A stretch of 64,000 bases of DNA from the human T2T-CHM13v2.0 reference genome, Homo sapiens (GCF_009914755.1 NC_060927.1), one strand, 5' to 3'. Shown: positions 14,200-29,097, counted from the first letter of the stretch. Program-made: numbers and translations. Notes: generated by a model not told the origin, from the sequence alone.

Positions 14200-16895
14200 A
14201 CAATTTTTAGTATAAGAAAAGTTTGTCTTTTAAAAATTCTAATAATATCCAACCTCTTCTAGAGAGTAGATCGAGAAGGAAGGCTTGCTATCTCATTTTG
14301 TGAGATTTGTATATTACAAATCAAAATCAGAAGTGATAGTTGAAAGGAACATTACATGCCAAATTTACTTTTAAAAATGGATGTGAAAATAATAAAATAT
14401 TTGCAAAATATATCACATGATAGCTAAAATTATAATTCATTATAGTAGTCCAGCTTATTTTAGGAATGCAAGTTTACTATTTAAAAAATTTACTAACGTA
14501 ATCCACCAAATTAAAGAAATAAAACATACAATTGTCTTAATAAATGTATCGGAATTTCTGACAAAATTTAATATGCATTCATAAAACAGCTGTTAACAAC
14601 ATGAGAATGGAAGGAACATCTTTAACCTGACATATACATTATAACATGGATATCTACTATCACACATTAATATTTCTTTAAATATTTTCTGGAGGTCATA
14701 GCCTGTGTAGTAAAACAAAAAAAAAAGTTAAATCTCTAAATAATTAGAAGAGATATAATAAAACCTTAATTATTTTGCATGTGATATAATTGTTTTACAT
14801 AGAAAAAATGAAGAAAATTGTTATGATTAAAAAGAGAGTTTAGCAGGTTTTCTTTATAGGACAACTGAATAGTATTCCACTACACCAGCAATAGGAAATA
14901 TTTTAATTTTAAAACATATTTTTATGTTAACATTGACCAAACACTTGACCATTATCTTAATTTGTTCAGGCTGCTATAACAAAATGCCTTAAATTAGATA
15001 ATTAGTAAACAACAGACATTTATTTCTTATAATTCTGGAGGCTGGGAAGTTCAAGATCAAAGTGGCTGTGGTATCTGGTAAGGGCCTGCTCCCTCATGGA
15101 TGGTGCTTTTTAGCTGTGTCTTCACATGATGGAAAGATAATATAATATAATCACCTCCCAAAGACCCCAACACTTAATACTATCACCTTGGGGGTTAGGA
15201 TTTCAACATATGAATAAACATTCAGACTACAGCAATAATATTAAGGATTTATTGATATATTATTATAAGGATGGCATTTCTTCCCAAATTGATCTTTAGT
15301 CTCAATGTAATTCCAGTCACAATGTTGGCATGGAAATTAGTGAGCTCATTCCAATATTCATATGGAAGATAAAAGGAAAATAGTTAAGATTTCCTGATGA
15401 ACAAGTAGTGTGACTTGCCCATTCTGTATATTAAGACCTATAATAAAGTTGTAATAATGAAAACGGCACATTATTATGGATATGGAAGAAAAAGACAAAT
15501 GGAATTGATTTGGGAACTCAGACACACCCAAACACATATGGCAACTCATATACGACAGAGTTGTCATTGCACATTAATGGGGCATATTTGACAAGGGGTA
15601 CTAGGACTCATGTTGGAAAAAGGGAAATTGGATTCCTGCCTCCTACCACACACCTGCTCACACATACACACACATTCTCCAAATAAACACTGAAATGTGA
15701 AAAACAACTCCTTAAATTTTTTAGGAAAAAAAATGAGAATAACTTCATGACCACAGCATTGAGGATTTCTTAAGCACATCAGAAAATGTGAAAACAATTA
15801 TATTAAAAGCTCTATGCATTAAAATTATAAACTTTTGCTTATCATAAGACAATACATTGCAAATAAAAAGAGAAGACAAAAACTAGGATAAAATATGTGC
15901 CACACATATGACCTAAAAAAGATTATTCAGAACATACAAAAACTTCTATAAATATAGGCAAAAACAAGAGCAGTTATTCTACATGAAAGGAAACATGAAT
16001 AGCTAAATAATACATGAAAAGCTCCTCACTGGTAATCATGAAGATGCAAATTAAAACCACAATGGGATATAATTTTACCCTCATTGTAGAGCGGAAATTA
16101 GATACAGGAGCAGAGGGTGGTAAAGGAAGCCTTGGAAAACTATTTAGTATATCCTGCAATCCGGCAGTTGTACTTCTGAGCTAAACACATAATGAAATAT
16201 TACTTTACACTCACTACATTGACAAAAGTATAATATAAAATAAAATTTAAAAGTAAAATAAAATAATGGACAATACCAACTATTGGCGAGGAATGGAGGA
16301 AGTAGAACTGTCATAAAAAGATGGCAAGAGTGTAATCAAAATTCTTTTAAAGGCATTTTGGCATTTTGGAATAAAGTTACACAGGTGCATACCTTATGGA
16401 CCAATAATCCCTTGCCTAAAGAAACTTTTGCATATGTCTATCAGGAAACATGAATAAGAATATCCAGTGCAGCATTGTTTACAATAGTGAAAAGCTGAAA
16501 ACAACTTCAAAATATTTATCTTAGGAAAACTGATTAAAAACCTGGAGGAATCTCAGACACCCAATATTGAGTAAAAAAGGCAAGTATGAAAACCATATAT
16601 AAGATACCAATTTTGTAAAAGTAAAAACACTTATAATTAAAGAAATTGTTAAAGAGATATACATATATGTATATAAACCTATTAAAAAAAGACAATGGGA
16701 AGCAACAAAGTCAGATTGATGCTACCCTGGGGATCAAGGTAAGTGATTGAATAGAGAAAAACTATTCTTGGGGCTTTGATAATATTAGAGATCTTCTTCT
16801 TCATAACCTGGGTGGTTCCTTTCACTACTCTTTATACATCGTATACGTTGTATATTATCTATGTGTTTAAATTATTTCATATTATTAAAAATGAT
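14200..16895 (+). mobile_element. old L1M ORF2 and 3'UTR remnants, interrupted by a MaLR LTR
   Basis: A-rich sense L1 text, e.g. cttcccaaattgatctttagtctcaatgtaattccag, atgcaaattaaaaccacaatgggatat, gcagcattgtttacaatag. Confidence 0.75.
14952..15234 (-). mobile_element. ERVL-MaLR LTR (MLT1A/MST-type)
   Basis: ttcaggctgctataacaaaat...ttctggaggctgggaagttcaagatcaa...gggggttaggatttcaacatatgaat...agactacagca. Confidence 0.85.
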
Positions 16896-17598
16896 GTAAT
16901 AAAGTACATATCCCATAAATTAAAAGTGAAGTAAAGACTGTATACATTTTTTCACTCATTAATTTTAGCTTAATACTGACAAATATTTAGAAATCCTCCA
17001 CAATTGGGAAAAATTACTAATTCTTCAGTTGAGCCCTAAAAGAAGTATTTCATTTGCCTTCGAGGCCTTATAGTATAAACATTCAATGTTTTCAGTTGCT
17101 TGCACCATAAAGCAACTGAGACCAACAAAAGGAATGGCAGATTAAACATCTTGCACATTCCCTGGTGGATTTATGTTCATCAATTAACAGTGTAGAGGAG
17201 CAAACAAAATATAAAGCAGTCTTCGCATTTTTCTTCTCTTTGTCTGTCAATGTTACTGATATATTGCTATGTTTGTATAAATAAAATATATATTTTGAAA
17301 CCTCATTTTATATGGATTTTAACAGAATAAGGTATTGGTTCACCTTTGTAAATGACTTTCCTGTCAAATTGTGTTGTTTTTAACTCAGTTTACCTGCCCT
17401 ATCCCAAAAATACAGAGAGAATGCAATAGCAATGGAGAAAGGGGGTAGGAAAAGGTAGAGAACAGATAAAGTAACAACAACAACAAAACAAGGTGGAAGG
17501 CAGAGCCCTCTTACTGGTAATGAAAAAGAATATAATTCTTCTCACCAGCTATTCCATAAAATTTAGGTGGCACTGTTGACTGATCCAAGTAGATATTT

Positions 17599-17790
17599 AA
17601 AAAGAAGAAGGAGAAGGAGAAAGAAGGAGAAGGGGAAGAGGAAGAGGAAGAGGAAGAAGAAGGAGGAGGAGGAGGAGAAGGAGCAAGAGGAAGAGGAAGA
17701 AGAAGAAGAACAAGAAGAGAAGAAGAAGAAGAGGAAGAGGAAGAAGAAAGAAGAAAGAAGAAAGAACAAGAAGAAGAAGGAAGAAAAGAA
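17599..17790 (+). repeat. about 190-bp polypurine (GAA/GAG/AAG) low-complexity tract
   Basis: Almost exclusively A/G, with only three C interruptions seen (17684, 17711, 17767). Confidence 0.95.
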
Positions 17791-17977
17791 GTGGGAAGAA
17801 AGCATGAATAGGAGTAGCTTCACAAAGATAGGAGATAACCGAGAAACTGTTTTTATTGCATCTTCCTGTGTAGGCCACCTTGTAAGCTGTGGCCTCAGAC
17901 TTACCTTTTATCTTGTGTAATGCTTTTTTACCACTATTGTGTCTGCTTCTTATGTCTTTTCCAGGCATGTACTGTTG

Positions 17978-18212
17978 CAGGGGTGTCCAATCATTTAGCT
18001 TTTCTGAGACACACTGGATAAACACAAATTGTCCTGGGCCACACATAAAATACATTAACACTAACAATAGCTGATAAGCTCAAATAAAAATTAAAAAAAT
18101 CTTTTACAAAGTCTCAAAATGTTTTCAGAAAGCTTACGAATTTGCATTGGCCCACATTCAGAGCTGTCGTGGGGCCATATGCAGCCCACGGGCCATAGGT
18201 TGAACAAGCTCA
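17978..18212 (+). mobile_element. MER30 (hAT-Charlie MITE), complete
   Basis: caggggtgtccaatc...gggccacacataaaatacattaacactaac...ggttgaacaagct. Confidence 0.9.
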
Positions 18213-18897
18213 GTTTAGGAGTTGTTGAATAAACAGGGTCCTGGAGGAAGTAAGTGAGAAAAATAATGTGATGGGCAAAAATAACAGTAATATCAAAATA
18301 AACACTTAGGTAATAACTTGTATAGCAATAAGATTCTTTTAAGAAGATACATTTTTGCCCCAAAAGGAAATTTTTCTTTTTAGGTCCCTTTTTATTAATA
18401 TTTCAGCCACAAAATTAAAAAAAAGACTTTCTCAGGATTAAATTATTTTTATTAAGTTCTCATGTCTGATTCTGTTCTAGGTACTATACAAAATTTTTAA
18501 CAGATTTGTCTGGCTTCTAGTATGTCATAAGCAAAAATCGTGTCATTGGATTATGGGATAGGTATAGAAATAAATATACAAAGTACAGAAAGTACAACAC
18601 AACATTAATTTCACATTGGTTTGGCAATCTCTGTTTTTGTTTCGGTTTTATTGGAAAACATTGTGCTCATAGCATCATGTAATTTGGCATAAAATTTGTA
18701 TCTAAACAGCTCTCTCTGTATTATTTTAAATAGCAATAACTATATGTCAATCATATCGTTTTAAATGAAATCACCTTAACTATAACAAAGAAATGTCTCA
18801 ACTGGAATGACACCTAGATTTTGGAATGGACTTTTAAGTGTATTATGTTGATGTTGATAGAAGGATCAGAACTAATAGAAGATTTAGTTAGCATTAA

Positions 18898-19254
<357 letters not shown>

Positions 19255-19448
19255 GTCAGTTCTTAATTTAAGAAATTAATTCATTCCACTTTGTTTTGTG
19301 TTTATGTTTCATGTGATAGGGTCCTGTCTCATTCATCTTTCAATATTCCACAACATCTGTTAATATTGTTCATATATTGAGCAGTCATATCTCAAAAGAA
19401 TAAAGTATTCTCCTTTTTAAAAAAGTTTTCTTTTCAAATTTATTTCAG

Positions 19449-19722
19449 AAATTTGGTACAACTATATAAAAATGAAGATGACACGGAAATTTCAAAGAAG
19501 ATTAAGACTCAGTGGACCTCTTTGGGCCTAGAAGATGTACAGTTTGTAAATTACTCTGTGCTGCTTGATCTGCCAGGCCCTTCTCCCAGCACTGTGACTC
19601 TGAGCAGCAGTGGTCAATGCTTTCATCCTAATGGCCAGCCTTGCAGTGAAGAAGCCAGAAAAGATAGCAGCCAAGACCTGCTCTATTCATATGCAGCCTA
19701 TTCTGCCAAAGGAACTCTCAAG
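19449..19722 (+). CDS. NAALADL2: NAALADL2 internal coding exon (exon 3 in the canonical numbering as recalled; about residues 182-273, M28B/PSMA-transferrin-receptor-like ectodomain)
   Basis: Acceptor ttttcttttcaaatttatttcag|A and donor CTCAAG|gtaata; 274 nt, starts in phase 2 and ends in phase 0. Open frame (R)NLVQLYKNEDDTEISKKIKTQWTSLGLEDVQFVNYSVLLDLPGPSPSTVTLSSSGQCFHPNGQPCSEEARKDSSQDLLYSYAAYSAKGTLK matches the NAALADL2 protein as recalled. YAAYSAKG resembles the M28B 'FSAFSPQG / YSAYS' segment at the start of the PA domain. Confidence 0.96.
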
Positions 19723-20258
19723 GTAATATGACCATTTGTCTCTGTCATTTACAGTGAGATGGAATTAGAAAATAACAGCTTTCATCTAAATTGAACTAAC
19801 TGTCAAGATGCAACATACAAAAGTAACCATTAAATCTTTTCAGTGTGGAAGTGCCAGGAAAGAGAAGGAAGATGTGGCCCTCCTGACCCTTTTCTTGTCA
19901 TATTTTGAAAGTGAAAACATGTTAGAAAAATTTAATTCAAAGGTGTTGAATGTGTGACTGAGTCATTCACATTTTGCTCTGTCCATATAGTGCAAGTCTA
20001 TTTCATTCTACAGCTTTGGAGAGGCAAAATTTAATACACTGATATAGAGAAAGGGAAAGAAATGGAGAGGGTTGTGTTTTGAGATTGTGCACACACAAAA
20101 GAAATTAAGTGGAAAATTGATATGATTATTAACACATTTAAGATTTGAAACACAGCGCCCCTACTTTCATGATGGAAAACACATGTGATAAGCCAGGTGT
20201 GTATTAGTTCTTCACCTTTTCTGGGTCAGCAGATTTATGATGCAGTTTTTTTTTTTTT

Positions 20259-20490
20259 GGCATTGTGGTTAAGTGCAAGGCTTCTAGAGCCACATGGACT
20301 AGTTTTAAATCTCAGCTCCCCAGTTAACCACTGTTACTTAACCGTTGGGAGGAAACGGGCTGATTTCCTCATCTCTGTATTGGAGTCAATAATAGTTCCA
20401 ACTCATAAGGTTGTTGTGAGAAAAAATTACAAATATATGTAAATCTAGGAGGACAGAGCATAGCCTATAGTAAGAACAATATACACGTTA
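20259..20490 (+). mobile_element. MIR, near full length
   Basis: gcattgtggttaagtgcaaggcttctagagcc...tttcctcatct...actcataaggttgttgtgag. Confidence 0.75.
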
Positions 20491-21757
20491 GATATAACAA
20501 CGTGTAATTGGTCAACAGTTTCCTTTCTATGGACTAGTTTTCTAACTCTATGTAAAAGTGTAATTTTATAAAATACACTTAGTTTTTTTTTTTTCCATCA
20601 AACTGTTGATTGCCTCATTTAATACCAATGAAATAATGTTATCTTTCTGACTGTTGTTAATGGCACAAATGTTTCAGAATCTAACTTATTATTAACTTTG
20701 ATTGATATATGGAATGTTTAAATCATTTAAAATTACTTTGCATAAATATTTGAAATAATAACAGTAAATGCTCGTTCCTAATAGATCTTGGGGGAGTGGG
20801 AGGGAGAGGCAGATTTTCTGGCAGTCCAGCATCGTTTCTATTCTGTATATATCACACTTTGACTTTTAGCCAAAGAGCTGCATATAACTATTACCACCTT
20901 GAAATGTCTTACCATTAATTAAACTTCAATATAATATTAAATGTCTGCAATATTTCTACTGTAGGACTCATATAATTTGATTGGATTAATATTATGCTCT
21001 TTCTGGCAGGTAATAATGGTAACACACCTGTATATTAATAAAAATAGAGGAAGGCAACTGTCACTCTTTCCTTGATTCAGAAGCTTTGGCCTTAAGCCAA
21101 GACTCTAAAAGTTACCCCGACATTTTATCTAAAACTCTTTACTCTGTCTAAGCCATACGCATTTTCAACCTCTTCTTTATCCCAGTTGGCTCAGCTCATG
21201 TCTTCTCCTAAACAAAAGCATGTCTTAAACACAGAACATTCACAAAAACACCAGGAACTTGAGTGGATCCTTGGAATCTTCCCCATCTCTTTGCTTTTCA
21301 ATTTCCGCTGGTGAACATTGATTATTCCTTGAAGAAGGAGATACGCAAAACTCATGAAACTACAACTTGTATCCTTATTTCCTTAGCATGGCCCTCTGTA
21401 ATAACCCGCTGGCCCAGTGGATTGAAGGTAGAATAAGGTTAAATCAACTAATTTATTTAAATAAGTTCCTTAGATACGGGTTCACCACAAAAACCCTCCC
21501 TCAATGCCCGTGCACTTTCATATTGTACAGTTTCCACACTGACCAAGGAAAGAGATATCCTATCACTGTGCAGCTTCTCCGAGGCCCTTATGGGAGCATG
21601 TATTTGTTGGTCTTACTGTATAATGGGGAGATTCACTGGATCTGGAAAATTAAATTTCTATGACTCCTTTATACTCCGGACTTACTGCATAATAAGGGAA
21701 ACATGGGAGAGGAACCCTTCAATAACAATTTGTTTGCCTTGGTTTAAAAGGAATACT

Positions 21758-22094
21758 GGCCGGGCACTGTGGCTCATGCCTGTAATAGCAGCACTTTGGG
21801 GAGGCCGTAGTCCCAGCACGTTGGAGGCCGAGGCGGGTGGATCACCTGAGGTTAGGAGTTCGAGACTAGCCTGACCAACACGGTGAAACCCTGTCTCTAC
21901 TAAAAAAATACAAAAAATTAACCGGGCCCGGTGGCAGGCTCCTGTAATCCCAGCTACTCCTGAGGCTGAGGCAGGAGAATCACTGGAGCCCAGGAGGGGA
22001 GGTTGCAGTCAGCCAAGATTGCCCCATTGCACTGCAACCTGGGCAACAAGAGTGAAACTCCTTCTCAAAAAAAAAAAAAAAAGAAGAAGAAAAA
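21758..22094 (+). mobile_element. AluSq/Sp-like with an internal tandem duplication
   Basis: ggccgggcactgtggctc...ctgggcaacaagagtgaaactcc then poly-A. Confidence 0.93.
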
Positions 22095-25000
22095 GCGGGG
22101 GTGGGTATATTAACAGATATTGTATACTTCTAATTTCTGATTCATACTCACTACCAGCAAACTCTCATAATAATGGAGGTGGTGGTGGAGGGAAGAAAGT
22201 CAGGGAGAAGGTCATTTGGAAGAATCTGTTGGGCCCTAGAGTTCCACTATTGGGCAAATCCACTTTCCTGTGATATTTGTGCAGATATTGGACACAGAGT
22301 ATTGTACGTAATTGTATGTTTGCTTTTTATATTTTGTAAAAGTCTAGGCTGAATCACAAAAATGTTAATCATCCCTTTTATTCTAACAGATGATGCTGTA
22401 GGATGGATATATAAATATTCTTCGCCCTTTATTTTCTTTATTCTTTCACACTTCTGCAATTAGATAGCCTCACCTTCAAGTGTCCTGCGTTCAAGTAGTG
22501 TGTAAGAGTAATAAATGTTTGGCTATGTAGTGTCCATTGTTAGACTCCTTCACACAACTGAATGTCATCTCATTTTTAATGTAAAATAATTTTTTAGTTT
22601 AAAATATATGTAATATTACTAATATGTAGAGAGGTTTAATATTTTAAGAAATAAGTTAAAAATGTGAATTTGCAAAATTCTATAGCTTCAACCTTCTTAC
22701 TTTTAAAAACTGAGCCTATTCCCTTTCTTCTAGATGTTTTTAGGCCACACCAAATTCCAAGCAGCCACTGATTGATTAGTTTATAGGGACCCTATAATTA
22801 TGATTTGATTAAAATTAAAATATATTCAGGCCTAAAGTATTTTAATATCTTTTTCAAATTTAGCAGTCATTGTTTGTGGAGGCTAAGTTAGCCTCCATAA
22901 ATTTTACTTGAGCACCATTTTTATTTCCTTGACAATTTCAAATCATCAGACCTTAGAAACTAGAAATGTGAATTCGCAGGATACCGATGGTGTTCTCCAC
23001 CCCCAGCCTCTCTCCCATTTAGAATTATAAGTTATAAGGGAGTTGTATTCTCAGCATTTTGGTTATATGTTCGATATGTTCGGTAGCTGTCTTTTTAGAT
23101 CCCTTTAAATGAAACAGTTGTTTTTCTTATCCAAATATATGTGGTTCTTTCCTCTTCTTTATTTTTTTTCTTTTTCACTTACTTTTTCTTGTCAATAGAG
23201 GACACAAAAGAAGAAGCCGGTTTACTTAAAAACACTATATTTTAACTTTCAAACTAATGCACGTGTGTATGTATCTATAACAATGGCCTTTTGTGTTGTT
23301 TTTCTGGGCATGTTGTATGACAATTTCTATTACAGCATATGGGACAATTGGGATAAGATAGGGTTCAGTAACACTTTCTTGTATGTCTCCATCTTTCACA
23401 GTTAAGGCAATGCACGCCTATGTCTAAGGATTTGACTTTGTATTGAAAGAGCCAATTTAAAAATGAAAAACTTAAGAGAACCAACCAGTGGTTTTATCTG
23501 TTTACTATCAAAGAGTACTCATTTATTTTTTAAAAAGTTAATTATTTTTTTCATTTTGCTAATGAAACTGGGTGGGGTGTTTTTTTTAAAATATTCCTGT
23601 GTAACCATATCTCTGAGAGTTTTCTACATGTTTATCTTAACAGTTTTAAGTTTTTAAATTTCCTTTTGTTTCACATAAAATAAAATCAACCTCTACTGCA
23701 GATTTCTGGAGTTATCCAAATATGCATAGTTCTAAGTCCTTATTTAGTATCCTGACACCATTTGTAAGTGTATTAAAACTGCCTTTTTTAAAATAAAGAA
23801 GAGTTTAAAAAAACTTTTAAAATGCAGCTGTTAAAAGGGAGAAAATAAAGTTAACTGTAGATGTAGAAATATACTCCATGTTTGAAATATTAGGGCTAAA
23901 CAAAAGGGATTGTTAAAGGAAACAAAATGCAATACGGATAAACCTTACACCTTGTATTTGAAGAACATAATTTGAGAAATTAATTATGCAAATTAGATAA
24001 AGACACTATTTTAAGATTGTATTAATAATGCAAATCTATTATACTAAATACATATTGATTTAAATATCTATATCAAGAAAGCACATGCTATTGATACTCA
24101 TTTCTTAAAACTCAGATTATATCAGTATTATAATTTTCAAAAGCAATTTCTAGGTGGCTATTATATATGCATATAGAATACCTGCACATATTTTATATGC
24201 CTGTTTTAGATATATTATTGAAACTCACATGTTCTAATAGATAAGGCGCTGGTGATTTTTCTGTATCACTTTAAATCATTCCCTAATTCAAATCAAGCTT
24301 GAGTGGTTGCTGCTAAAGATTCAGGCATGCCTCTTTTTTTGATTTTGAGTACATTGTGTTTGCATGAATTTCTGTCTTGCAGAGCCATTAACAAGTTCTT
24401 AAATTATTCTAGTCTGACTGCCAGCAAAGCTTCCCACAACTTTTTGCTTTTGACAAGGTTATTTGCAGAAGAGGAGTGCCCCTTTTCTTTGAAGAGCTGT
24501 CATGTCCATTCATCATAGGACCGTTTTGTGTAAGCTTCCAATTTGTGCTTTCTGGTAACCGTCTAAACAGCATTTCTGATATCTGAGATCTACTTCAAAA
24601 ACCTACTTAGTGCCAGCATGATGGATGGTGTACTTTACAACTTCTTTGTAATTCATCGTGCACTAGAAAGGTGACATAGTTTACCCCATCATAATGACAG
24701 GTGGGTCAGTAAAAGGGTCCTAAGGAGAGTTGTCCTGTCAGATGCAAAATACATATTAAAATGGATACATAAATAATTTAGCATGTGTAAGGTTAGCTTC
24801 AGGGAATAAACAGTGATTTGTATTTTTCTTAAAAGGTAAATATCAACTATAATATTATCATAAGGTTAAAGACATTGGTGGTGAGTGCTGAAAATGTCTA
24901 GTCAATTTTATTAATAGAACATATGGCTTTTATGCAATTTCTATGCAATTATTTCTTTTGTCCTTTGTGAAACACCAGCAGATGTAGAAAAGCAAATCAC

Positions 25001-25239
25001 ATATTAATATTTGCTATACATTGGTCAGATTGGTTCTGCCAAGTTGTTGCTGAGCAAGAGATTTTTTTCTTATTTCCATACATTTTATGGATTTTGTATC
25101 TTTTCATTCTGTAAAGCTTCATTTTTTTATCTGAAAGATAAGCCAAATAATGCAGTTTTATGGAGAAACTTATTTTCAAAAACTCACTAACTGTGCAGAA
25201 GCTACATTATTATGAAGATATGTGTCACTACCCTATTCT

Positions 25240-25448
25240 GCAGAGAGCATAGTTCAACAGCCCAGACTAGCATCCTTTCTTAATAGGTGTGCAAATGTGG
25301 GGTGGTCAGGTCAATTCTGTACGACTCAGTGTTCTCATCCATATAAGGGGAATAGTAACAGTAACTTTAACGTTTTTTGTGGGGAAGAAATGATATAAAC
25401 CATGTAAAGCACCTGACAGTTAGTACTCTATCAATGTTAGCTCTTATT
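25240..25448 (+). mobile_element. MIR
   Basis: ctcagtgttctcatccatataaggggaatagtaacagta...catgtaaagcac. Confidence 0.6.
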
Positions 25449-26089
25449 GTCCTGTAAAAAGTCGACACATTTAAATGGGAGAAATTAAGAAACTACCAGA
25501 ACATCAGAACAATATATCAAGATTTGAAAGAACAAACTTTTATTATATTTATCACATTATCTAAATATAATCTTTCTGTCTTCTCTTTAACAAGACAAAT
25601 ACGAATCATTAGGGAAGAAAATGCCTAGGCCAGTATGAATAAAAATAAAATCTACATAATGCCCTGATCCTATGTTTAATTAAAAGTGAAAGCTCAAAAA
25701 AATTACAAATGAAATGTTTTATTCTTGAATGCAGAACGATTAATCATGTTGAGTTGGACCAGAAAAGCATTGCTTGTCTTTGTGTGTAAAATATCAATAT
25801 GTAGTGCCTTAACGTATGAAATCTGAGCACTGTATCAAATATTTTCTCAGAAAGTCTCAAAGAGACAAAAATACAAACACTGCATGGAATCCTTGGATAA
25901 CCTACAATCAGACGCCTATTTTCTCACAGCTGGAAAAACTTGGTCTTTCTCTTTTATTTTGAATATTTTCAAACAAAAGCAAACTTATCAGTGTTATGGC
26001 AAAAGGCAGAGCTATATGCATTTGGCTCTGAATGATTGCTGTTATAGATAACAATATCAGTGAGCTAGAGAAGTGGAATGGAACTGTAG

Positions 26090-26494
<405 letters not shown>

Positions 26495-26744
26495 TAATGG
26501 TGACAGTGGCTTTGGATATTATTAGTCTCCCTTATTTTTCTATTGTAAAAATCCATCTTTTGGCAACAGTGCACAAGTGTGAGATAAATGACTGTGAATG
26601 CAGCTGTTATTCATTTTTTTTAAATCTGCATACAGTCCCTTGGTCCAGTGTGACCTTCTGTTTCTCATTTTATGAGCTCTGTTCACTAACCAAGTTAACA
26701 AAACAATTCCATAATTGCTTCTTTCATTTTTTAAAAAAAATTCA

Positions 26745-27129
<385 letters not shown>

Positions 27130-27353
27130 TAGACAGGACCATTTACAAAAACCATGATCTAACACAACATATTGTACATAGTTAAATATTTGTTAGAGAG
27201 AGTACGTTTTCTACCCGTGAAAGAGAACAGAAGCCTATTTTATGAAATAATAGTTTTAAAGCATAGGTAGCTAAATTCAACTAGGTGGTTAAAGTGCAGT
27301 GGACTGTTTTCATTTTCCCCACTTGATTACAACACATGTGGCATTTTTAGTGA

Positions 27354-27683
<330 letters not shown>

Positions 27684-28594
27684 CTGGATGCAGATTTTTA
27701 ATTTGACTTAAAGTTATTTCTAAAGACTTTTAGTCACCGTAATTACCATTTGACAGAAAATGCCAGTGTTTTCGTTTTTATTTCTGATTTGATTTAGGCA
27801 AACTACTTGCAAAGTTAAGTGATAATGTAATTTTCTTAGCAGATACATGTTTTAATTTATACAAAATGCCTGTATTTAAGTATTTTGTTTACAAATAACA
27901 CTTACCTCATTTCAGCAGATGCTGCAAATTCAGTCTTTCCAGAACTAGAGAGATCTGTGGAAAAGTTGATTCTTAGGTTTCCGCACTGTTTAAACACATT
28001 AGTCCAAGAAAATGCTGTCATATTAGTTTCACAGTCTCCAGGAAGAATTCTCTTGAATGAATTTGCAACTCCTTCAATACACTTACCTCAATAAGTTGAG
28101 TATCATTTATTAAATAAAGTGTCCTGTGAATATTAATTTGTTATTCCTTATATTTTAATTTGATACTAAAAGATTAACTGACTAATATAGAATATAGCCA
28201 GCTTGGTCTCACTAATATAACAAGAAACATTCAACTTTCAGCAAATACATTTTGAGTACCTTTTATACATTAATCGCAGGGGACACAGTGGTAAATAAGA
28301 AAGCCTCGGACCCTGCTGCATGCAGCTGGCAATATAATAGGAGAAACTGGCATTTAAAATTGCTTGGCTTGATACTGCTATAAAAACTAACAAATTATTT
28401 AAATATCTAAGCTCTAGTTTCCTCATCTATAAAAATATCTACCGAATATTAGTGTTCTGTAAGATAGACTGGAACAATTGATTCAATCTGCTTAGCAAAA
28501 TGTCTAGCACAGGGGACATGAATGGTTAAGTATTTGTTTTGTTTTATTTTTATATCCTGCCATAACAGTTCTGTATGGTTTAATCCTTTCCATA

Positions 28595-28625
<31 letters not shown>

Positions 28626-28632
28626 CACACAC
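28595..28632. repeat. (CA)n microsatellite
   Basis: Read directly. Confidence 0.95.
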
Positions 28633-28843
28633 TATACTCAATTTTCTAATAACTGGAGTTTCCTATGAACCACCTTTTGCCATTATCTCTTTCTTGCTAT
28701 TATCTGCTTTTAGAGAGACTTCTCTTTGGACCAAGGCCTAATTAAGGACAAGCTTTAACCCCTATCTCTAATGCATAACTGTTTTCTGTTTTCAGCTACC
28801 TGCCAAAACCCCTACTAGTGTTTTGTTCTACCACTTTAGAAGG

Positions 28844-28845
<2 letters not shown>

Positions 28846-28881
<36 letters not shown>

Positions 28882-28893
28882 GCACACACACAC
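28846..28893. repeat. (CA)n/(CACG) microsatellite
   Basis: Read directly. Confidence 0.95.
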
Positions 28894-29059
28894 GCCAGCA
28901 CAAACCAGTTTATTTCAGCTAGTTAGTTTATTTTTTGCATCTTTCCCAATTCTCATGATCTCTCCCACAGTTCCTCAGGAAACAGTGCCCTGTTGGTCAT
29001 TTGAAATAAATTATAATGAAAATCTTTAAACCATAGAAATTTGCAAATGCTACACATCA

Positions 29060-29063
<4 letters not shown>

Positions 29064-29093
<30 letters not shown>
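29064..29093. repeat. T30 homopolymer
   Basis: Read directly; no Alu body follows. Confidence 0.95.

Positions 29094-29097
<4 letters not shown>

Noticed and set aside
17563-18067. 117-156 aa ORFs rich in K/E/R or L/F/S
   Set aside because: Translations of the polypurine tract; no splice sites or domain similarity.
19453-19731. ORF-track start 'MVQLYK' and stop after 'KVI'
   Set aside because: The start is TTG (Leu) inside an exon and the stop is intronic; the true boundaries are the splice sites at 19449 and 19722.
20848-20880. acactttgacttttagccaaagagctg resembles the reverse complement of the U2 snRNA 5' end
   Set aside because: Only about 28 nt with indels, missing the terminal gagaagcgat and any TSD; cannot be distinguished from chance without a search.
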